NCBI GenBank assembly: GCA_043800705.1
Contig: JAZDMS010000042.1
Span: 1-20,030, forward strand
Source of the DNA: Candidatus Altiarchaeota archaeon
Lineage (GTDB): Archaea; Altiarchaeota; Altiarchaeia; IMC4; SCGC-AAA252-I15
Direction: 5' to 3'
DNA length: 20,030 bases
In this document: positions 15,258-20,030 of the stretch, piece after piece
Layout: every line of letters begins with the position of its first letter
How positions within the stretch are numbered: position 1 is the first letter of the stretch
Notes under the pieces: model-generated
Databases searched by the model: none
The model's input: only the letters and a program-made list of their open reading frames with translations
Told to the model about the DNA's origin: nothing
Made by a program: the position numbers and the translations under genes

Positions 15258-17209
15258 AGTAAGCCCCTTTTGCGGTACAGGATCAGCTCGACGACGAGCC
15301 CTGCCAGCATTATCAGAAGCAGGTACCTGAAGACCTCGACCTTCACGTCTACTTCGTTGCGTCTGACCTCGTATTCCCCGCCGGCTGCCGCCTCGCCGAT
15401 CGAGCCCGTGATGTTGGATTCCGCGGAATCGAGCAGGTTCACGGTGACGTGATCGGTCCTGTCGGGGTATGCTACCTCATAGACTCCCGCCTTGTCGAGG
15501 AAGAGGCTAGAGGACCGTATGGTCAGCCCGGGCGGCGTCTGGATGTCCAAGCTCTGGGGGAGCTGGAGATATTCTCCGGTCTGGAGGGTGGTCGCCTGGG
15601 CGGAGCCCTTGTTCCGGGTCAGGTATGCGACCATCCTGGACCAGAATATCGGAAACGAGGAGCTGTAGTAGAAGTTGCTCCAATCGGGGTCGGTGTTGAT
15701 GCCTATGTATACTACGGTCCCTTCGCCGTACGGCCTATAGGTTATGAGCGGGGTGTTGAACTCCGATGCGACTATGGTCTTGGTCAGGTTGTCCCTCTCC
15801 CTCGAGTTGTAGTACCTCTTCACGACGACGTTTTCGAAGGCCACGTCCATCAGCATGTCGTGCTCCTGTGCGACCTGGACCTTGGCCTCCCTCGTGCTGA
15901 TGTCGGCCCTCTCCACGGGCATCATCTGCCACAGGTAGCCGTCATCTTTCACGTCGTTTAGGCTCCCCGAGCCCATGACGACGAGGTTCGTCCCCTTCTG
16001 GACCTGGCTCGATATGTACCTGAACGTGTCGGGGGTTATGTCCCTGCGCATGGTCCCGAGGACGATTATGTCAAAGTTGTTGTTGACGCTCAGGGGCGAG
16101 ATGCTGGTGTCGTATAAGACCGGCTGCCTGACGTTCCGAAGCGATTCGAGCATCCGCTGGAGATAATAGTCCTGGCCCGAGGACATTAGCACCAGGATGC
16201 TTGACTGCCTGACCGCGGGGATGAATGTATAGGCCGTGTCGTCAGCTGATAAACCGTCATCCCCCCCCTCGAGGCCGACCTTTATCAGGTTTTCCCCGCT
16301 TGAGATATTGGGTTTGAAGTAGAAGAATCCCTCGCCGCCGGCGTCCACGGACTTTTTCTGGGAGCTCAGGTATGCGCCGCCGGAGTAGACCGTCATGTTC
16401 ACTTCCGAGGCCTCCTGCCCGAAGTTCCTGACCGAGGCGGTCATGAAAAGCTCCCCCTCGTTGGCGCTGGATCGTTTGGCGTCGAGGCTGACGATGCCGA
16501 CGTTCGCGCCGCCGGAGCCGAACTTCAGGAACTCGACCTCGACCTGGGACACCATGGCGACGCGTTTGGCGATCTGCGGGTCCAGGCCCCCTCCCTGGGC
16601 GAAATCGGACAGTACATACATGACCTTCATGCGGGTCGAGCCTGTCAGAATGTCGCGGCCGAGCATCATCGCGTCCCCGACGTTCGTGGGAGTGTCGGAT
16701 ACGTTGAGTTTCCCGAGCATCCCGTAGGCGGCCTCGGGAGAAGCCTTCGTCGCGACGAGGGCCGGTATGTTCTCCGCGACGACTATGGATACCTCGTCGT
16801 TCTTGTTGAATCCCCTGATGAGTTCCCTCGCCTTGGAGACCGCTGCCTGGAACCTGGTCGGGCTCTCGTCGGTGGCCTGCATGCTGGCCGAGGCGTCGAT
16901 GACGACGACTATCGACTGTTCTGGCCTTATGTCCTCTTTCGAGTCGTAGTACGGCGCCGCGAGGGCGGCGACCAGGAGGGTTATGATGAGCAGCTGCATC
17001 AGCAGGAGCGGGTCGTGTATGAACCTCTGCAGGAAGCTCGTGAACCTCTTGTTCTTTTCCATGAACCTGATGAACATGGTCGACGGGAACAGGACGATCT
17101 TCGGCTTCGGGCGAAGGAGATACAGGAGCACAATCGGGACTATGAGGGCGAGCCCTGCGAGTGCCATGGGATTGACGAAGATTGAGGATAACGGCAGTAT
17201 CTCAGCCAC
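15254..17209 (-). CDS. BatA-type N-terminal double-TM VWA protein
   Basis: FVNPMALAGLALIVPIVLLYLLRPKPK...FPST...LLLMQLLIITLLVAALAAP, then MIDAS VIDASASM, TRFQAA, VLSDF, and a C-terminal TM. Confidence 0.92.
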   Translation of the reverse strand: MAEILPLSSIFVNPMALAGLALIVPIVLLYLLRPKPKIVLFPSTMFIRFMEKNKRFTSFLQRFIHDPLLLMQLLIITLLVAALAAPYYDSKEDIRPEQSIVVVIDASASMQATDESPTRFQAAVSKARELIRGFNKNDEVSIVVAENIPALVATKASPEAAYGMLGKLNVSDTPTNVGDAMMLGRDILTGSTRMKVMYVLSDFAQGGGLDPQIAKRVAMVSQVEVEFLKFGSGGANVGIVSLDAKRSSANEGELFMTASVRNFGQEASEVNMTVYSGGAYLSSQKKSVDAGGEGFFYFKPNISSGENLIKVGLEGGDDGLSADDTAYTFIPAVRQSSILVLMSSGQDYYLQRMLESLRNVRQPVLYDTSISPLSVNNNFDIIVLGTMRRDITPDTFRYISSQVQKGTNLVVMGSGSLNDVKDDGYLWQMMPVERADISTREAKVQVAQEHDMLMDVAFENVVVKRYYNSRERDNLTKTIVASEFNTPLITYRPYGEGTVVYIGINTDPDWSNFYYSSSFPIFWSRMVAYLTRNKGSAQATTLQTGEYLQLPQSLDIQTPPGLTIRSSSLFLDKAGVYEVAYPDRTDHVTVNLLDSAESNITGSIGEAAAGGEYEVRRNEVDVKVEVFRYLLLIMLAGLVVELILYRKRGLL

Positions 17210-18080
17210 GTTTCCTGCCTCCCCCCACAGCCTTCACGAAGGCGTCGAATATCGGCATGTCGGTGGTGATGGTCGTGAAGTCTATCCCGAGGCCCTTGCA
17301 TATCTCCTGGAGCTTGGCGTTGTGGTCCCTTATCCTCTGCGAGTATTCCCGCTTGAAGCTCGGAGAGACGAACGTCTGCTTCAGCTCCGACGTCTCCAGG
17401 TCCTGGAACTTTATGTCGTCGCGCCATCCCAGGTCCAGCTCCCAGGGGTCGAGCACCTGGACGAGCATCATCTCCTTCGAGTGCTTCGCCATCCTGTAGA
17501 TCCCCTCCTGGACCGATTCCGGGTTCTCGATGAAGTCGCTGATGACGATGCTGAACGCCTTGCTCTTGATGAGCTTCCCGTACTGCGCGGCGGAGACGCC
17601 GAAGTCCGTGGTGCCCTTCAGTTCGGTGGTGTTGAGCATGTCTATCACGTTGAACAGGTGGTTCTGGCTCTTCTTCGGCTGGGTCAGCTCCCTGAGCGCG
17701 TTAGCGTAGAGGGCGAGCGCGAACTTCTCGTGGTTGTGGACCGCGAGGTAGCCGAACCCCACAGCGAGGCTCCCCGCATAGTCGAACTTCGTCATCCCCC
17801 CAGTCTTGAAGTTCATGCTGGAGCTCGCATCGACCAGGATATGGACCGTCAGCTCCTTCTCCTCCTCGAACCTCCTGATGTACAGCTTCTCGGTCCTGCC
17901 GTAGACCCTCCAGTCTATAAGCCTGAAGTCGTCGCCGGGGATGTACTCCCTGTAGTCGATGACCTCGATGCCCCTGCCATGCTTTATGGAGGGGCGGCCT
18001 CCGGCGTATACGCTGGAGACCTTCTTGCTTATCACTAGGTCCAGCTCCTTCAGCTGGTCGAGGAAGGAGGGGTCTATCAT
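17202..18080 (-). CDS. DUF58 protein (MoxR-associated, VWA-like)
   Basis: GRGIEVIDYREYIPGDDFRLIDWRVYGRTEKLYIRRFEEE, LVDASSSM, VISDF, QVLDPWE. Confidence 0.96.
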   Translation of the reverse strand: MIDPSFLDQLKELDLVISKKVSSVYAGGRPSIKHGRGIEVIDYREYIPGDDFRLIDWRVYGRTEKLYIRRFEEEKELTVHILVDASSSMNFKTGGMTKFDYAGSLAVGFGYLAVHNHEKFALALYANALRELTQPKKSQNHLFNVIDMLNTTELKGTTDFGVSAAQYGKLIKSKAFSIVISDFIENPESVQEGIYRMAKHSKEMMLVQVLDPWELDLGWRDDIKFQDLETSELKQTFVSPSFKREYSQRIRDHNAKLQEICKGLGIDFTTITTDMPIFDAFVKAVGGGRKRG

Positions 18081-18085
18081 CCCCT

Positions 18086-19147
18086 TCAGACCTCCTTGAG
18101 TATCTGGCCTATCACGTCGTCGGTACTCATGCCCTTCCTCTCGCTCTCGAAGTTCAGGATTATCCTGTGTCTCATCACCGGGTACGCCATCGCCTTGATG
18201 TCGTCCTTGCTTACGTAGTTGCGGCCGTTCAGGAGCGCCCTCGCCTTGGAGGCCAGGACTATGCCGATGCTCGCCCTGGGCGATGCCCCGTAGTCCAAAA
18301 ACTGCGAGGCGGTGTTCTTCGCGTGCGGCCTCGATGCGGCGACGACCCTGAGGGCGTAGTCCCTGACATCCGCGGATATGGGCATCTTCTTGGTCAGGTC
18401 CTGGATGGCCAGGACGTGCTCGCGTCGGAGCACCTTGTTTACCGTGGGTGTGAATTCGCTGGAGTACATCTCGACTATCCTGTCCTCCTCCTTGAGGCTG
18501 GGGTAGCCGACCATTATCTTCAGCAGGAACCTGTCCACCTGCGCCTCAGGCAGGGGATACGTTCCCTCCATCTCAATCGGGTTCTGTGTCGCGAGGACGA
18601 AAAAAGGCCGCTCGAGCTTGTGCGTCGTGGTCCCCATGGTGACCTGCCTCTCCTGCATGGCCTCCAGCAGCGACGACTGCGACTTGGGCGTAGCCCTGTT
18701 TATCTCGTCCGCGAGGAGTATGTTGGTGAACACGGGGCCTTCTTCGAAGCGGAACCTCTTCTTGCCGCCGACGTCCTCTTCCACGATGTACGTTCCCGTG
18801 ACGTCGGAGGGCATGAGGTCCGGAGTGCACTGGATCCTCCTGAACTTCAGGTCCATGATGCTCGCCATCGTCCTGACCATCATGGTCTTTCCGAGGCCGG
18901 GGAATCCTTCCAGCAGCGCGTGGCTGTCGGTGAAAATGGCGACCAGGAGCTGTTCAAGGACGTCGTCCTGGCCTATGATCACGCGCGCGACTTCGCGGCG
19001 TACGTCCGCATACGTGTTCTTCATCTGGCCGTAGACCTTCCTCAGGTCGACGGACTCCACGTCCCGTTCCGCCCTCGTCGGGCTGCTTCCTGGCCTCTCG
19101 TCCACGCTGTCCCACAGGCTCCTGCCCCCGGTGTTTTCGCTTGCCAT
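18086..19147 (-). CDS. moxR: MoxR-family AAA+ ATPase
   Basis: Walker A GFPGLGKT, RIQCTPDLMPSDV, Walker B LLADEINR, ATQNPIEMEGTYPLPEAQVDRF, GASPRAS, MRHRI. ATG 19147 preferred (alternative GTG 19156). Confidence 0.97.
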   Translation of the reverse strand: MASENTGGRSLWDSVDERPGSSPTRAERDVESVDLRKVYGQMKNTYADVRREVARVIIGQDDVLEQLLVAIFTDSHALLEGFPGLGKTMMVRTMASIMDLKFRRIQCTPDLMPSDVTGTYIVEEDVGGKKRFRFEEGPVFTNILLADEINRATPKSQSSLLEAMQERQVTMGTTTHKLERPFFVLATQNPIEMEGTYPLPEAQVDRFLLKIMVGYPSLKEEDRIVEMYSSEFTPTVNKVLRREHVLAIQDLTKKMPISADVRDYALRVVAASRPHAKNTASQFLDYGASPRASIGIVLASKARALLNGRNYVSKDDIKAMAYPVMRHRIILNFESERKGMSTDDVIGQILKEV

Positions 19148-19181
19148 AGATACCACTTAATAATCCGTTTATGTATTAAAG

Positions 19182-20030
19182 TTAGCCTGCCGGCAGGATT
19201 TTCTCGAAGTATTTCCTGACCATCTCCTCGTGTTCGGGGCCGACGGTGCAGTCCTGGCATTCGTCCACGGACAGCACCTCCTCGGTCGAGGGTGCGCGGA
19301 CCTGCTTCTGGGTCCCGGTCTCCCTTATCTCGATGTCCCCCCCGTATTCCGGATGCAGCTTGAAGTCGACGTCCTGGCCTGCGATGTTCGCCGACTTCGC
19401 GTCGCCGTAGATGTTCTTCTTCGCCGTGTCGCCGGTGCCGCTGCCCTTGCCCGGAACCGGCCCCTGGCTGACTCCCGGATTGGTCCCGCCGGGTTTTGCG
19501 CCCAGCTTGTCCTGGCTCTTGTCTGTCGAGAAGTTGCTGGCCTCCCACCGGTCGCCTGTCACGACCTCAAACCCGGTGCCCGCCATCCCCGCCAGATCCT
19601 TGACGCCATCCCTGAGGTTGGCGGTGTCCATGAGGTAGTTGAGGGAGTCGAACGCCACGGAGCGCAGGTTCAGGACGGTGACCGTCAAGAGGATGAACGA
19701 CAGGACGACGATGGTCATTATCCTCCTTGACAGCTCCTTCGAGTTCAGGAAAGTGGACGTCTCTACGGCGTCCATCCGCTTGGTGACGTCGGACATCAGG
19801 TCTTCGACTATGATGTTCTTCGTCCCCTGGTATTCCATCGCGGTCTGAAGCCTCTGGTCGAGGTTGTCCTCCCTGCCTTGGAAGGCCTTGACGACGCTGC
19901 TGTTCACGCACTGCCTGCCGAGCTGGACTGCGGCATAGAAGACCGCAGGCAACAGGGCCATGGCCAGATTTACTCCCGCCATCTCGCAGGCGAGGGCGCT
20001 GAACATGAACGCGACGATGAAGTCCAATGC
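19182..20030 (-). CDS. MoxR-cluster membrane protein (5'-partial) with Gly-rich linker and C-terminal 'EEMVRKYFEKI' helix
   Basis: The frame is open to the window edge. TM segments, a LDQRLQTAME motif, a Gly/Pro-rich region and a C-terminal CQDC...VRKYFEKI. It is the first visible gene of the cluster. Confidence 0.8.
   Translation of the reverse strand, partial: ALDFIVAFMFSALACEMAGVNLAMALLPAVFYAAVQLGRQCVNSSVVKAFQGREDNLDQRLQTAMEYQGTKNIIVEDLMSDVTKRMDAVETSTFLNSKELSRRIMTIVVLSFILLTVTVLNLRSVAFDSLNYLMDTANLRDGVKDLAGMAGTGFEVVTGDRWEASNFSTDKSQDKLGAKPGGTNPGVSQGPVPGKGSGTGDTAKKNIYGDAKSANIAGQDVDFKLHPEYGGDIEIRETGTQKQVRAPSTEEVLSVDECQDCTVGPEHEEMVRKYFEKILPAG

Noticed and set aside
16983-19219. Plus-strand 351-aa and 350-aa ORFs
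   Set aside because: Antisense shadows of DUF58 and MoxR, typical of high-GC3 genes.

Overview
GC-rich, gene-dense window that is almost certainly archaeal: it has a DUF835 domain, TATA-box promoters about 23-25 nt before ATGs, an archaeal-type beta-CASP nuclease and an archaeal-type MoxR cluster. The lineage cannot be fixed from sequence alone. Left to right: (1) a translationally coupled minus-strand signalling operon of a 7TM-DUF835-wHTH protein, a stand-alone receiver and a >1089-aa PAS-GAF-(PAS)x6 sensor that is missing from the ORF track because it runs off the window; (2) an asparagine-synthase-domain protein carrying an in-frame insert of about 196 bp made of two head-to-head 7-bp repeat arms; (3) a beta-CASP RNase; (4) a vapBC pair, a QueG/RdhA-like Fe-S protein and a dCTP deaminase/dUTPase; (5) an 8-repeat FG-GAP membrane protein and two small ORFs; (6) a five-gene operon of membrane protein, MoxR, DUF58, BatA-VWA and double VWA. 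No rRNA, tRNA, CRISPR array or transposase was seen. The most unusual items are the palindromic heptamer element inside a coding region and the membrane-anchored DUF835-wHTH regulator coupled to a two-component module.
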